Below are positions 1 through 9,609 of a stretch of 64,000 bases of DNA, in pieces. The DNA comes from Bacillota bacterium (GTDB lineage Bacteria; Bacillota; Sulfobacillia; Sulfobacillales; JAIMBI01): contig JAKADP010000006.1 in NCBI GenBank assembly GCA_021820465.1, forward strand, positions 425 through 64,424, in the 5' to 3' direction. Each line of letters starts with the position of its first letter. The stretch's first letter is position 1. The notes below the pieces were generated by a model, which saw nothing but the letters and a program-made list of their open reading frames with translations, did not search any database and had not been told where the DNA came from. The position numbers and the translations under genes are program-made.

Positions 1-29
1 CCAGGATGCGTTGGTCAGGGGCGGGGTGG

Positions 30-356
30 TCAGGCACCTGCGGGGGGGACCAGATAGCTTCCGTCCCAGGGCTCCACGCGCCCGACCCGCTCCATGGCGT
101 CCCAAATGTTGCGCACCGCGGGGTGCTCGTGGGCCTCCTGCACGGCTTCCCAGGACAGCCACTCGTAGTACTCGATAAACACCCCGGGCTGGCGCGCGAC
201 CGCAATCACCACGGCCGGTTGGTCCGAGGTCAGGCCCTCCGCGTGCAGCGCGGGCCAGTGGCGGGCCACGAGCCGACCCAACTCCTCCTCGGATCCCGGG
301 CTGGCCGTGTAGCGCACGACGACAGGATGCATGCGTCCACCTCCGGCCACAACCAT
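30..356 (-). CDS. small ABM-like (monooxygenase-fold) protein, 108 aa
   Basis: Intact 108-aa ORF. Size and the C-terminal segment EYYEWLSWEAVQEAHEHPAV resemble antibiotic-biosynthesis-monooxygenase-type domains. Motif memory only. Confidence 0.4.
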   Translation of the reverse strand: MVVAGGGRMHPVVVRYTASPGSEEELGRLVARHWPALHAEGLTSDQPAVVIAVARQPGVFIEYYEWLSWEAVQEAHEHPAVRNIWDAMERVGRVEPWDGSYLVPPAGA

Positions 357-467
357 ACCGACCGTTCAGTACGGCGTCAAGGGCACAGCCGCGCTTGCCA
401 TACGCCATCGGGGGACGCGCGTCCGGCAGCGCGGAGGCGGATCTGCCCGATCCGCCTCCGGCGCGGC

Positions 468-1304
468 CTAGAGCCCGAGCAGGTGCTCCAGCGCGGGCAG
501 ACCCTGCTGCACGGTGCCATAGCTGGAGAGGGGAGCCGCTGTCGTCGGGCCCGCCGCCATCACCTGCCCATCGGTGTTGATGAGCCAGTACGCGGGGTTG
601 AGCCCAGACACTTTAATGAGGATGAGGCGGCCGCCGGTCAGCGGGCTTAGCCCCGGCGCGTAGTGGATCGGGACGGCGGGCGCGGAAAAGCCCGGGAAGC
701 TGCCGGACGGGAGCGCCACGAACGACAGCTGGGGCGGAGACCCGCGCCGCATCAGCGTCAGCACGGACGCCCATGACGGCCCCTGTCCCGCCAGCTTGCC
801 CGCCGTGACCGGCCACCAGGCTGTCTGCTCGACGGCCGGGGTGAGGATCGCGCTGGCGCTGGGCAGCACCACCTCCTCCAGGGGGGCGGCACTTCCGCTC
901 ATGTTCCACACCAGCACAGCGGTGTCCCCATTGGCCAGACGCCCCGCCATCAGGCCCATCATGGTGTTGGGGGCCAGCCCCGTGGGCCGGTAGGCGGCGG
1001 CAATCTTAGCGTTCGGCAGTTCGGTGGCCATCGGCACCGCCGCCGCCACCGCCGCGGGGGGGGAGCCGCTGGCCGCGCTGAGCGGCGCCAGCGGGCGATT
1101 CAGCAGCGCGTAGGCCCCGCCCACCAACAGCGCCACGGCGGCGGCTGCCACGCCCGCCGTGAATCCCCAGCCGCCCCGCTGCCGCCGCCGATAGTAGCGG
1201 TCCAGTCCGTCAGCCAGCGCCATCAGCTGGCGCTGTTCCTCGGGATCCGACACCTCTTCGTCCACGGCCGCCCGCACGTCGGCCAACCGATCGTCTTCTG
1301 CCAT
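468..1304 (-). CDS. single-pass membrane protein of unknown function (anti-sigma-like topology)
   Basis: Acidic N-terminus (MAEDDRLADV...), basic stretch RRRQRGGW, one hydrophobic helix (FTAGVAAAAVALLVGGAYALL), then an extracytoplasmic domain of about 200 aa. The start could be 1304 (ATG) or 1331. Confidence 0.5.
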   Translation of the reverse strand: MAEDDRLADVRAAVDEEVSDPEEQRQLMALADGLDRYYRRRQRGGWGFTAGVAAAAVALLVGGAYALLNRPLAPLSAASGSPPAAVAAAVPMATELPNAKIAAAYRPTGLAPNTMMGLMAGRLANGDTAVLVWNMSGSAAPLEEVVLPSASAILTPAVEQTAWWPVTAGKLAGQGPSWASVLTLMRRGSPPQLSFVALPSGSFPGFSAPAVPIHYAPGLSPLTGGRLILIKVSGLNPAYWLINTDGQVMAAGPTTAAPLSSYGTVQQGLPALEHLLGL

Positions 1305-1417
1305 TGCCCATCGCCTCGCTTCCGGGCTCACGGGACCCGAGGGGCCGTGGCCTGTTTGCTAGGGTGTGTCGCTCGCCGCGGGCGATTGTGACACAGCCCG
1401 TTCGGGTTGCGTGCGGC

Positions 1418-2719
1418 TCAGGCCGCGCCCAACAGGGCCGACCAGCCCCACAGCGCCAGCAGGGTCACCAGCAGGACCGGCACCGTGAGCGTGACGCCCA
1501 CGCGAAAGTAATAGCCCCACGTGATGCGAATGCCGCGCCGGCTCAGGACGTGCAGCCACAGCAGCGTGGCGAGCGACCCGATGGGCGTAAACTTGGGGCC
1601 TAAGTCGCAGCCCACCACATTGGCATACGCCATCGCCGTTTGCATCACCGAGTGGGCGGCCGCGTCGTGAATCGCCAGCGCGTTGATGAGCACCGAGGGC
1701 ATATTGTTCATCACGGACGACAGGACAGCCCCCACCACCCCGGTGCCGACGATCCCGACGAGGGCGCCCTGGGCCGTGAGCGCTGTCAGCGCATGGGCCA
1801 GGAGGTGCGTGAGCCCTACGTTGCGGAGCCCAAAAACCACCACGTACATCCCGATGGAGAACACGACGATGCGCCACGGCGCCTCGCGCACCAACGTGGG
1901 GATGTTGACCGCCGGACTGCGGTGGGCCACTACGAGGAGGCAGATGGCGGCGGCTCCTGCAAAGGCGGCCACGGGCCATGCCAGAAGCTGGCTGGCGAAG
2001 TAGCCCACCAGCAAGAGGGCCAGCACCACCCAAGCCACGCGGAACACCTGCGGGTCCTTGAGCGCGCTCTCCGGGGCGGCGAGCGTGTCTGTGCTGACCG
2101 CGACGGGCAGCGTGCGCCGGTAGAACAGATACAGCACCGCGAGGCTCGCCACCAGGGACACCAGGTCCACGGGCACCATCCGGAGCGCGTAGGAGGCAAA
2201 CCCCAGGTGAAAGTAGCCCGCCGACACAATGTTCACCAAGTTGGACACCACCAGCGGCAGCGACGTCGTGTCCGCGATGAAGCCACTCGTCATGATGAGC
2301 GCCAGCGTAGCCTTGGGCTCCAGCTTTAGGGCCTTGGCCTGTTCGTATACGATGGGCGTGAGGATTAAGGCCGCGCCGTCATTGGCGAAAAACATGGCCA
2401 CCAGCGCGCCCAGCACGCCCAGCAGCAGAAACAGGCGCAGGCCGCGGCCCCGGGCCAGGCGCAGCATGTGGAGTGCCGACCACTCGAAGAAGCCCACCGC
2501 GTCCAGAATCAACGAGATGAGAATCACAGCCACAAAGGTCAGCGTGGCGTCCCAGACAATGCCCACCACGGTGCCCACGTTGGCCCACGACACGATCCCC
2601 AGCAGCAGCGCCACGGCGGCGCCGCCGGCAGCGGTCCACCCGATGGACAAGCCGCGGGGCTGCGCGATGATCAGGGCCAGCACCAAGATAAAGAGACCCA
2701 GGGCCAACGCCACCGCCAT
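1418..2719 (-). CDS. arsB: arsenite efflux permease ArsB (ArsB/NhaD superfamily)
   Basis: 433-aa polytopic protein. It carries GFFEWSALH and FANDGAALILTPIV, which closely match the classical ArsB N-terminal region. It lies directly downstream of arsR. Confidence 0.9.
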   Translation of the reverse strand: MAVALALGLFILVLALIIAQPRGLSIGWTAAGGAAVALLLGIVSWANVGTVVGIVWDATLTFVAVILISLILDAVGFFEWSALHMLRLARGRGLRLFLLLGVLGALVAMFFANDGAALILTPIVYEQAKALKLEPKATLALIMTSGFIADTTSLPLVVSNLVNIVSAGYFHLGFASYALRMVPVDLVSLVASLAVLYLFYRRTLPVAVSTDTLAAPESALKDPQVFRVAWVVLALLLVGYFASQLLAWPVAAFAGAAAICLLVVAHRSPAVNIPTLVREAPWRIVVFSIGMYVVVFGLRNVGLTHLLAHALTALTAQGALVGIVGTGVVGAVLSSVMNNMPSVLINALAIHDAAAHSVMQTAMAYANVVGCDLGPKFTPIGSLATLLWLHVLSRRGIRITWGYYFRVGVTLTVPVLLVTLLALWGWSALLGAA

Positions 2720-2734
2720 CCCGCATCGACCCCT

Positions 2735-3097
2735 TTAGTTTGTTGGCCGCACGGGATCCGACGCCGAGGTCAGGCCGCACGCGGCGTCTGCATGATGGGT
2801 GCTCAGCCAGGCCGCATCCCCGGGATCCACCGGCACGTCGGCCAGCCAGCGGCGCACATGCGTGGGCAGGTCCGGCCTCAGGCGATAAAACATCCAGGAT
2901 TTCTGCCGGTATTCCACCACGAGGCCCGCCTGCTTTAAGCGGCGCAAGTGCTGGGACACCGCCGGCTGGCTCACCGGCAGCACCGCCGCCAGCTCACACA
3001 CGCACGCATCCCGGATGGCAAGCAGCATTAGGATGCGCAGTCGTGTGGCATCGCCCAACACCCGAAACTGCTCGGCCCACTCGCCGTACATGGGCAC
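2735..3097 (-). CDS. arsR: ArsR/SmtB-family metalloregulator
   Basis: 120 aa. It has the CVCEL metal-site motif followed by the HTH LPVSQPAVSQHLRRLKQAGLV, and sits 15 nt upstream of arsB. Confidence 0.85.
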   Translation of the reverse strand: MPMYGEWAEQFRVLGDATRLRILMLLAIRDACVCELAAVLPVSQPAVSQHLRRLKQAGLVVEYRQKSWMFYRLRPDLPTHVRRWLADVPVDPGDAAWLSTHHADAACGLTSASDPVRPTN

Positions 3098-3113
3098 CCC
3101 CCGTTATTAGGAT

Positions 3114-3129
3114 ATAGGCATATGCTTAT
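3114..3129. promoter_or_regulatory. imperfect palindrome in an AT-rich patch upstream of arsR (candidate ArsR operator/promoter)
   Basis: ATAGGCATATGCTTAT matches its own reverse complement at 14 of 16 positions. It lies 17-32 nt upstream of the arsR start, in the only AT-rich patch of this intergenic region. Confidence 0.45.
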
Positions 3130-3191
3130 GAACTCAAGGTATCCGAGCGGCGGCGCCCCATCCAGGGCCCAAGCCTCCGGGTGATCGATCG

Positions 3192-3446
3192 CTAGGTCCT
3201 AGGCTCGGCGGGCGCGCGAGCGACTTGCTGCCGCAGGGTCGCCAGGTAGCGCGTCCACAGCACGGTGGTGCCGTACAGGTGCGGCCCGGCGAGAACCCTC
3301 TCCACCGCCGCGGCGTGCCGGCCAAAAGGATCCGCCCGCAGGTGGCGGGCCAACTCGCGCCAATCCTCCAGGGAGCCGCGGTCCAGCACATCGGCCACGG
3401 CGGCGGTCGAATCCTCGAAGCCGGGATATAGATGGCGATGCCTCAT
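3192..3446 (-). CDS. hypothetical protein, 84 aa
   Basis: Intact ORF 21 nt downstream of ORF 3468..3719 on the same strand. Non-repetitive composition (LEDWRELARHLRADPFGRHAAAVERVL). No family recognised with certainty. Confidence 0.5.
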   Translation of the reverse strand: MRHRHLYPGFEDSTAAVADVLDRGSLEDWRELARHLRADPFGRHAAAVERVLAGPHLYGTTVLWTRYLATLRQQVARAPAEPRT

Positions 3447-3467
3447 GGTCCACTCCCTCCCGCGCCT

Positions 3468-3719
3468 TCAGGCCAAGGCGTCGGCCATCATCTGGTCGGC
3501 CAGCGCCCGGCAGAACTCCACCGTGTATCCCCAGTCCGTCCACGGCGGCGCCAAGGCGCGCCACGCGGAGAGCGCGTGAGCTTCGTGCTCGGGGTCAAAG
3601 TCATAGGGCCGGGGCTCGGCCAGCTGCTTCATAAGCTGGCGGCGGGTGGTTTCAGCGCCAGGAGGCTGCGGGTACAGGGCGTCCAATGTCCGCATCGCCC
3701 TCGCGAAGTCCGCCCCCAT
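3468..3719 (-). CDS. hypothetical protein, 83 aa
   Basis: Intact ORF, first gene of a two-gene unit transcribed divergently from serS. No family recognised. Confidence 0.5.
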   Translation of the reverse strand: MGADFARAMRTLDALYPQPPGAETTRRQLMKQLAEPRPYDFDPEHEAHALSAWRALAPPWTDWGYTVEFCRALADQMMADALA

Positions 3720-3821
3720 CCCGCCAACACCAGCACGTTGGGTTGCCCGCCCCTTGCTCTATTAAGATAATCTCAGGCTTAGGCCGGTGCAATCCGGCCT
3801 GCCCTGGCTGGAGCCCGATAT

Positions 3822-3850
3822 TTGACACCGCACGCCGCAGTGCGTAGCAT
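3822..3850 (+). promoter_or_regulatory. sigma-A-type promoter of the serS leader
   Basis: TTGACA (3822-3827), a 17-nt spacer, then TAGCAT (3845-3850). Confidence 0.6.
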
Positions 3851-4067
3851 GATGCCAGCGCGTGTGCGAGCACGGCGCTGGCGATGAAGGGCCTAAGCGG
3901 CCATCCGATTTACAGCGAGCCGGCGGTTGGTGCGAGCCGGTACGGAAACCCGCATTCCAGCCTGGAGTTCCGCGTAGTGGCGGCGGGTCAGCCCGATAGC
4001 GCTGATAGAGTACAAGCAGGGTGGCACCACGGGCGTGAGCTCGTCCCTCGGGGACGGGCTTTTTTTG
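3851..4067 (+). promoter_or_regulatory. T-box leader (Ser specifier) with intrinsic terminator
   Basis: Stem I distal GGUGCGA. Specifier-loop-like GAAACCCGCAUUCCAG with UCC (3956-3958) followed by A. T-box core AGGGTGGCACCACGGG at 4018-4033. Terminator GTCCCTCGGGGAC plus a T7 run at about 4042-4067. Confidence 0.85.
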
Positions 4068-4123
4068 ATCTCACGCCGCCGCGAGCCTAGAGGAGGACCC
4101 GAGGAAGGAGCAGGGAAGCACAC

Positions 4124-5395
4124 ATGCTGGACATGCACATCCTGCGCCATGACCCGGAGCGGGTGCGGGACGGATACCGGGTGAAGCGGGTGGATCCGCC
4201 GTGGGAGCGGGTGGTGGCGCTGGACCGGCAGCACCGAGAGCTGCTGGGGACCCTGGAGGCCAAAAAGGCGGAGCGCAATCGCGCGACCGAGGCGGTGGCC
4301 CGGCTGCGCAGGGCGAAGGACCCTCACGCCGATGCCATTATCGCGGACATGCGCCGCCTGGGTGAGGAAATTCGCGCCCTGGAAGAACAGCATCGGCCGG
4401 TGGCCGAGGAGTTGGACCGGCTGGTGTGGGAGCTTCCCAATTTGCCCGACCCCAGCGTGCCGGAAGGCGCAGGCGAGGCGGACAATCCTGAAGTGGCGGT
4501 CTGGGGGACGCCGCGCGCGGACTCCCCGGACGTCACGCCCCACTGGGACCAAGGGCCCGCGCTGGGCATTTTGGACTTCGAGCGGGCGCAGAAGTTGGCG
4601 GGCGCACGCTTTGTGGTGTTAAAGGGGTTCGGTGCCCGGCTGTCGCGGGGGCTCATCCAGTTTATGCTGGCCGAGGCCGAGCGGGCCGGCTACGAAGAGG
4701 TGGCTCCCCCGCTCCTGGCGCTCGCGGACACGCTCTACGGGAGCGGCCAGTTTCCCAAATTCGTGGATGACGTGTTTCGCGTGAGCCCGCATGACCTGTA
4801 TTTGATTCCCACCGCTGAAGTGCCGCTGGTGAACCTGCGCCGTGAAGAGATACTGGATGCCGACGAGCTCCCCCTGCACTACACGGCGCACACCGCCAGC
4901 TTTCGGTCGGAAGCGGGCGCGGCGGGCCGGGACACGCGGGGGCTCATTCGCCGCCACCAGTTTGACAAGGTGGAGCTGGTGGCCGTGGCCCGGCCGGAAG
5001 AGGGGCTCCGGGAGCTGGAGGCCATGCGCCGGCAGTCCGCCCGCCTGCTGGAGCAGCTGGAGCTCCCGTACCGCACGGTAGAGCACTGCGGCGGGGATTT
5101 GGGGTTTGGGCATGCGAAATCCTACGACCATGAGGTGTGGATGCCCAGCTACGGCCGGTACGTGGAAATTAGCTCGGTCAGCCTCATGGGCGACTTTCAG
5201 GCGCGGCGCGCCAAGATGCGCTGGCGTGAGCGCGGCCCCCACGCCACCGGGTTTCCCGTCACGCTGAACGGCAGTGCCTTGGCCGTGGGCCGCACCATGG
5301 CCGCCATCATGGAGAACCACCAAACCGCCGGCGGCGGGTTTCGCCTGCCCGCCGCGCTGGCGCCGTTTGTCGGCGGCCGCACCGAGTTTCCCTGA
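4124..5395 (+). CDS. serS: seryl-tRNA synthetase
   Basis: 423 aa with an N-terminal coiled-coil arm and a class II core (FRSEAGAAGRDTRGLIRRHQFDKVE, GSALAVGRTMAAIMENHQ). Preceded by a Ser T-box. Confidence 0.95.
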   Translation: MLDMHILRHDPERVRDGYRVKRVDPPWERVVALDRQHRELLGTLEAKKAERNRATEAVARLRRAKDPHADAIIADMRRLGEEIRALEEQHRPVAEELDRLVWELPNLPDPSVPEGAGEADNPEVAVWGTPRADSPDVTPHWDQGPALGILDFERAQKLAGARFVVLKGFGARLSRGLIQFMLAEAERAGYEEVAPPLLALADTLYGSGQFPKFVDDVFRVSPHDLYLIPTAEVPLVNLRREEILDADELPLHYTAHTASFRSEAGAAGRDTRGLIRRHQFDKVELVAVARPEEGLRELEAMRRQSARLLEQLELPYRTVEHCGGDLGFGHAKSYDHEVWMPSYGRYVEISSVSLMGDFQARRAKMRWRERGPHATGFPVTLNGSALAVGRTMAAIMENHQTAGGGFRLPAALAPFVGGRTEFP

Positions 5396-5398
5396 CGC

Positions 5399-6346
5399 TT
5401 AGGGAGCCACGACGGCAAACAGCGGGTCGCCTTCATTGATGGCCAGTGAGGTGGCGTGGAACAGGACGCGGCCGTCGTGCGGCACGGCGATGCGGTCGAG
5501 AACCTCACCAAACTCGTCGGTCAGGATGGTGCCGGGCGCCCCAGCCTGAACCGCTTGGCCGACGCGCACCTGGGGATGCTGCAGCGCGTCCCGCGGAGAG
5601 CGCACCCAAAGATTTTGGGTGTAGGTGGTTGTCTCAAACGCTTGCGCCGGCTCTGGGATGAGGCCCAGCATGCGGCACACGTTTTGCAGTCCCGCGACGT
5701 GCCGGGCCACGCCGGCTGGCTCCAGCTGGCCCATCTGCCCGCTCTCAGCCAGGATGGCGGCGATGCCGGCCTGCGTGCCGGCTTGGTAGGTGCCGCCCGC
5801 CAAGGCCGGCGATTCCACCAGCACCGGAATGCCATACGCCTCCGCCATGCGGCGTGCCGTTTGGGCCACGGGCGCCGGACCGTCGGGCGAATAAATCACA
5901 AAGGGCCACAGGGCTTCGTGCAAATCGCCGCTGTGGAGGTCCACCCAATGGGCCGTGGTCTTCGCCACGGCCATGACGGCGTAGGCGAGGCGCTCGGCCA
6001 GTGAGCCGTCGGCGCGTCCGGGAAATACCCGATTGAGGTTGAGGCCGTCCTCGGGCACCACGTACTGGCGCTTCGCATAAAAGGCCGGCCGGTTCACCAG
6101 CGCTAAGATGGTGACCTCGCCGCGCAGGGTGGCTGGGTCCAGCGCGTTGGCGAACTGGATGGCGGCTTCAATGCCGCAGTATTCGCCGCCATGCACCCCC
6201 GCCGTCACCAGAAGCGCCGGTCCCGGCTCGGCGCCTCTGACACGCGTGGCCGGGATGCCTCCCGGGAGTCCGGGTACGGGGAGGCGCCCTCGCACTCGTG
6301 TGCCTGGGGGCTGTGTGTCTGCCGGATCCCACAGGGTCTCACTCAT
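5399..6346 (-). CDS. succinylglutamate desuccinylase/aspartoacylase-family zinc hydrolase
   Basis: GVHGGEYCG, NLNRVFPG and DLHSGD motifs typical of the AstE/AspA (M14-like) family. Start set at ATG 6346 behind GGGGAGG; the ORF is open to 6397. Confidence 0.75.
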   Translation of the reverse strand: MSETLWDPADTQPPGTRVRGRLPVPGLPGGIPATRVRGAEPGPALLVTAGVHGGEYCGIEAAIQFANALDPATLRGEVTILALVNRPAFYAKRQYVVPEDGLNLNRVFPGRADGSLAERLAYAVMAVAKTTAHWVDLHSGDLHEALWPFVIYSPDGPAPVAQTARRMAEAYGIPVLVESPALAGGTYQAGTQAGIAAILAESGQMGQLEPAGVARHVAGLQNVCRMLGLIPEPAQAFETTTYTQNLWVRSPRDALQHPQVRVGQAVQAGAPGTILTDEFGEVLDRIAVPHDGRVLFHATSLAINEGDPLFAVVAP

Positions 6347-6501
6347 GATGCCCGCTCGCCTCCCCTGTCGCCGTGTCCTACCATCCGAGAGCTCCAACTC
6401 TCGGGCCTCGCCGCCATTGTAGCGCCGAGGAAAACCGCGCGGCGCGCCTCGGCCCGTTTGTGTACAGTCAAGCCAAGGAGTTGCGCCAAGGAGGAACGGG
6501 C

Positions 6502-7491
6502 ATGAGCGACGGGAGCCAGCGGCGGGACCGGGCGCTGGGTTGCTGGTGGGGCCAGATGGCGGGTGATGCGTTGGGAAGCATCGTCGAGTTTTCGGATCCG
6601 GGCCAGGTGGCCCGACGGTACCCCGAGGGGTTGACGGAGATGGAGGGAAGCCCCATCTGGGGGACGGCCGCCGGCCAGCTCACCGACGACACGGAGATGG
6701 CCATCGAGCTGTTAGAAGCTCTCCCCCGGGAGGGGGACCGCATCGACTGGGACCGTGTGGCGCGCGGATACGTCCGCTGGTACGCGTCACACCCGTTCGA
6801 CGTGGGCAACACCATTCGGTCGGTTCTGCGTGGCCCGGCCCAGGAGGCACCCGCCGAAGGTCTCGCAGACGTGCTGCGCCGGCAGACGGGGCTGTCCAGC
6901 CAGGCCAACGGCGCCTTGATGCGGGAAAGTCCGCTCGGGATCTGGGGCGCCGGCCTTGCGCCGGCGCATTTGGGGAGCCTGGCTCGGGAAGACGCCCGCC
7001 TCACGCATCCGCATCCGGTGTGCCTAGACGCCTCCGCCGTGTATGTCGCGACGCTGGCGCACGTCATCCAGCACGGCGGCACCGGCCAAGACGCCTACCG
7101 GTTTGCGTACAGCTACCAGCGCGAGCACGGCAGCGAGTCTGTGGTGCTGCACTGCCTGGAGCAGGCCGCCGACGAGCCTCCGCCCTTCTCACGCCACACG
7201 GGCTACGTCCTGATGGCGCTTCACAACGCGTTTTATCAGGTGCTGCATGCGGCCGACGGCGAAGCGGCCATCACGGCTACCGTCATGCTGGGCGGCGACA
7301 CCGACACCAATGCGGCGATTGCGGGGGCGCTGGCGGGTGCGGTGCACGGGGCAGCGCGCATTCCCCTCCGCTGGCGTCAGACGCTGCAGGCGTGTGAATT
7401 TAGCGGCCCCACCGTGCGCCCGGAGCGCTATCTGCCCCGAAGCGCCTACGCGGCCGGGGCCGCGCTCGTGGACGCCCGCGTGCAGCCCTAG
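6502..7491 (+). CDS. ADP-ribosylglycohydrolase-family protein
   Basis: GDALGS near the N-terminus and GGDTDTNAAIAGALAGA near the C-terminus. AAGGAGG lies 7 nt before ATG 6502. Confidence 0.8.
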   Translation: MSDGSQRRDRALGCWWGQMAGDALGSIVEFSDPGQVARRYPEGLTEMEGSPIWGTAAGQLTDDTEMAIELLEALPREGDRIDWDRVARGYVRWYASHPFDVGNTIRSVLRGPAQEAPAEGLADVLRRQTGLSSQANGALMRESPLGIWGAGLAPAHLGSLAREDARLTHPHPVCLDASAVYVATLAHVIQHGGTGQDAYRFAYSYQREHGSESVVLHCLEQAADEPPPFSRHTGYVLMALHNAFYQVLHAADGEAAITATVMLGGDTDTNAAIAGALAGAVHGAARIPLRWRQTLQACEFSGPTVRPERYLPRSAYAAGAALVDARVQP

Positions 7492-7582
7492 GCGCGGCCG
7501 AGGCCACCCCGCCGGCTCCGGTCGAGCGGGGCGCCCACGGGATGGGCCGGTAGAGTCGCGCAAGACGGGGAGGGATTCGCTC

Positions 7583-8701
7583 ATGGAGGCGGAGGTGCGC
7601 CCCATCCGAGGGCGCGAGGAGCTGGAGCAGTGCTTTGATTTGTGGGGCACCGTGTTTGGGGAGGGCCGGAGGTTCTTTCAAAGTCGGCTGGACGGCGATC
7701 GGGCGTACGATCCCTCCACCACCTGGGTGGCCGTGGCGGCGGGGGACATTGTGAGCGCGGCGCAGATTTTTCCCTTCGACGCGCGCTGGGGTTCCGGCAC
7801 GGTGACGGTGGCGGGCATTGGGAGCGTGGCCACGCGGGCAAGCCACCGGGGCCAGGGGCTGGCGCTGGCGGTGCTGAATGCCCAGCGCGCCTGGCTGGCC
7901 GACCAAGGCGTCCCGCTGGCGCTCCTGTTTGCGCGGGAGCGCGCGATTCCTCTTTATGAGCGGGCGGGCTACGTGCGCCTGCCGTTTGGCACCACCGTGG
8001 CCTGGTCTCCGGACGGCGCGGCGGCACGGGGCGGCTACCGCGTGCGCGCCGCGCAGCCGGGAGACTGGCCAGACATCCGCGCCATCTATGCCGCCCAGCT
8101 GGACCACTGGCCGCTGGGGCATGTCCGCTCCGACGCGTTTTGGACTGACGCCGTCCGGTGGGCGCAGCAGGCTCAGCCCGAGGGAGTCTGGCTGGTGGCC
8201 GAGCAAGCTGGCCGGCTGGCCGGGTATTTCTTCGGCGAAATCCCCGAGGGAGGATCCTCCGGCGAGGCGCCCATCCGGCTCTGGGAGGTGGTGGCTCACC
8301 CGGAGCATCCCGGGGCCGCCGAGGCGCTGGTGGACGACGCCCACCAGCGCATGGGGGCGCCGGGCGACGTGCGCCTCTCTCTGCCCGCGGGGCATATCCT
8401 GGCACGAGGGCGCGCGGTGGCCCCCGGGCGCCACCGCGGGATGTGGTCCCTCGTGAATGCCGCGGCCCTGATGCGCGCCATTGGCCCCGTGCTGATGCGG
8501 CGCGCGGAGGACGCAGGCATGCCTGCCCTCACGCTCCGCACCGGACCAAGCGACGTGCGGCTGGCGTGGGCCGGTGGAGTTCGGACGCTCCAAGGGGCGG
8601 ACTTGCTGCAGGCCGTGGTGATGGGGATCGACGGCGACCAGGGGCTGGGCGCTCTGTTTCCGGCGGCGACGCCGTTTCTGTGGAGCCTGGATCAGTTTTG
8701 A
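7583..8701 (+). CDS. GNAT N-acetyltransferase, Eis-like multidomain type
   Basis: 372 aa. N-terminal GNAT with HRGQGLALAVL (acetyl-CoA loop), a second GNAT-like region and a C-terminal extension, as in Eis-type enzymes. GGGGAGGG precedes ATG 7583. Confidence 0.7.
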   Translation: MEAEVRPIRGREELEQCFDLWGTVFGEGRRFFQSRLDGDRAYDPSTTWVAVAAGDIVSAAQIFPFDARWGSGTVTVAGIGSVATRASHRGQGLALAVLNAQRAWLADQGVPLALLFARERAIPLYERAGYVRLPFGTTVAWSPDGAAARGGYRVRAAQPGDWPDIRAIYAAQLDHWPLGHVRSDAFWTDAVRWAQQAQPEGVWLVAEQAGRLAGYFFGEIPEGGSSGEAPIRLWEVVAHPEHPGAAEALVDDAHQRMGAPGDVRLSLPAGHILARGRAVAPGRHRGMWSLVNAAALMRAIGPVLMRRAEDAGMPALTLRTGPSDVRLAWAGGVRTLQGADLLQAVVMGIDGDQGLGALFPAATPFLWSLDQF

Positions 8702-9237
8702 TGGACCGTCCCTGGGCTGGGGGACCCGGACGCTTTCGGCTGCCGAGGGCGCCGGGGGGCCATGCCGCCGAACAAGGCGAAGATGCAGCCCAAGAGCGCC
8801 ATCTGCAGCGCGTTGTTGACCACGTACGTGGAAAACGCCGGGTGCAAGACGGCCGCAACCAGCTGGGCGTGGGAGCTGGCGGTGGCGCCAGCCGTGCCAT
8901 GGAGAGCGCGATACGTGTGCCACAGGACGCGAATAAGCGTCGCCTTGCCCGGTATGACCAAGGCCGCCACGTAGGTGGCCAGCCCCGCGACCAAGCCGTA
9001 CACGAGTCCCGACCACAGTCCCACGATGAGCGGATGGTTGCCGCGGCGCCGCGCGACACCGCCCGCCAGCACAAACAAGCCCAAGGGGATGACGCCGAGC
9101 AGCACATTCCACCACACGCCGGGATCGAGGGCGGTGGCCACCTTGAACCCAATGGACAGATCCAGCGCCGCCAGTGCGATGCCCAGCAGGCTGAACAGCA
9201 GCCCGAGTCGTATGCCGGTGCGTGTTCCGGTCCACAT
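8692..9237 (-). CDS. integral membrane protein of unknown function
   Basis: 181 aa with 4-5 hydrophobic helices. Start ATG 9237 behind GGGGAGG; the longer ORF reaching 9465 has an Arg/Pro-rich, non-protein-like N-terminus. Confidence 0.55.
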   Translation of the reverse strand: MWTGTRTGIRLGLLFSLLGIALAALDLSIGFKVATALDPGVWWNVLLGVIPLGLFVLAGGVARRRGNHPLIVGLWSGLVYGLVAGLATYVAALVIPGKATLIRVLWHTYRALHGTAGATASSHAQLVAAVLHPAFSTYVVNNALQMALLGCIFALFGGMAPRRPRQPKASGSPSPGTVHQN

Positions 9238-9609
9238 GAGCCTCGCCTCCCCTGTGTGCGGCACCGCCATCGTGATGCGGACTGTCGTAGATTTTCGCCC
9301 GATCCTATCACGTTTCCCTCTTTCCTGGTTTTCCCCCATCGTTCGCCGCGGGCCCGGGACCGGCCGGCGGCCTCGCGTGGAAGCTTGCGCGCGGTGAGGC
9401 GCCTCCGGACGGACAGATGGAAGGCAGTGGCGTATAGGTGGCGTCCGCGCGTGTCGCGGCACCACTTACGCTGCGGGCACGCGTTAGAATGACTGAAGCG
9501 CACGGCAGCGGATTGCCTGGCCGGGCGGACTGACTCGGGCGCCATGGCGGCAGAACGGTGCCGCCCCCCGAGCCGGGAACATAGGGACCAGCGTCAGGAG
9601 GCTCGCAGC

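Noticed and set aside
7400-9235. 611-aa minus-strand ORF
   Set aside because: Arg/Pro/Gly/His-rich low-complexity translation lying antisense to the recognisable GNAT gene. This is a typical shadow ORF of GC-rich DNA.
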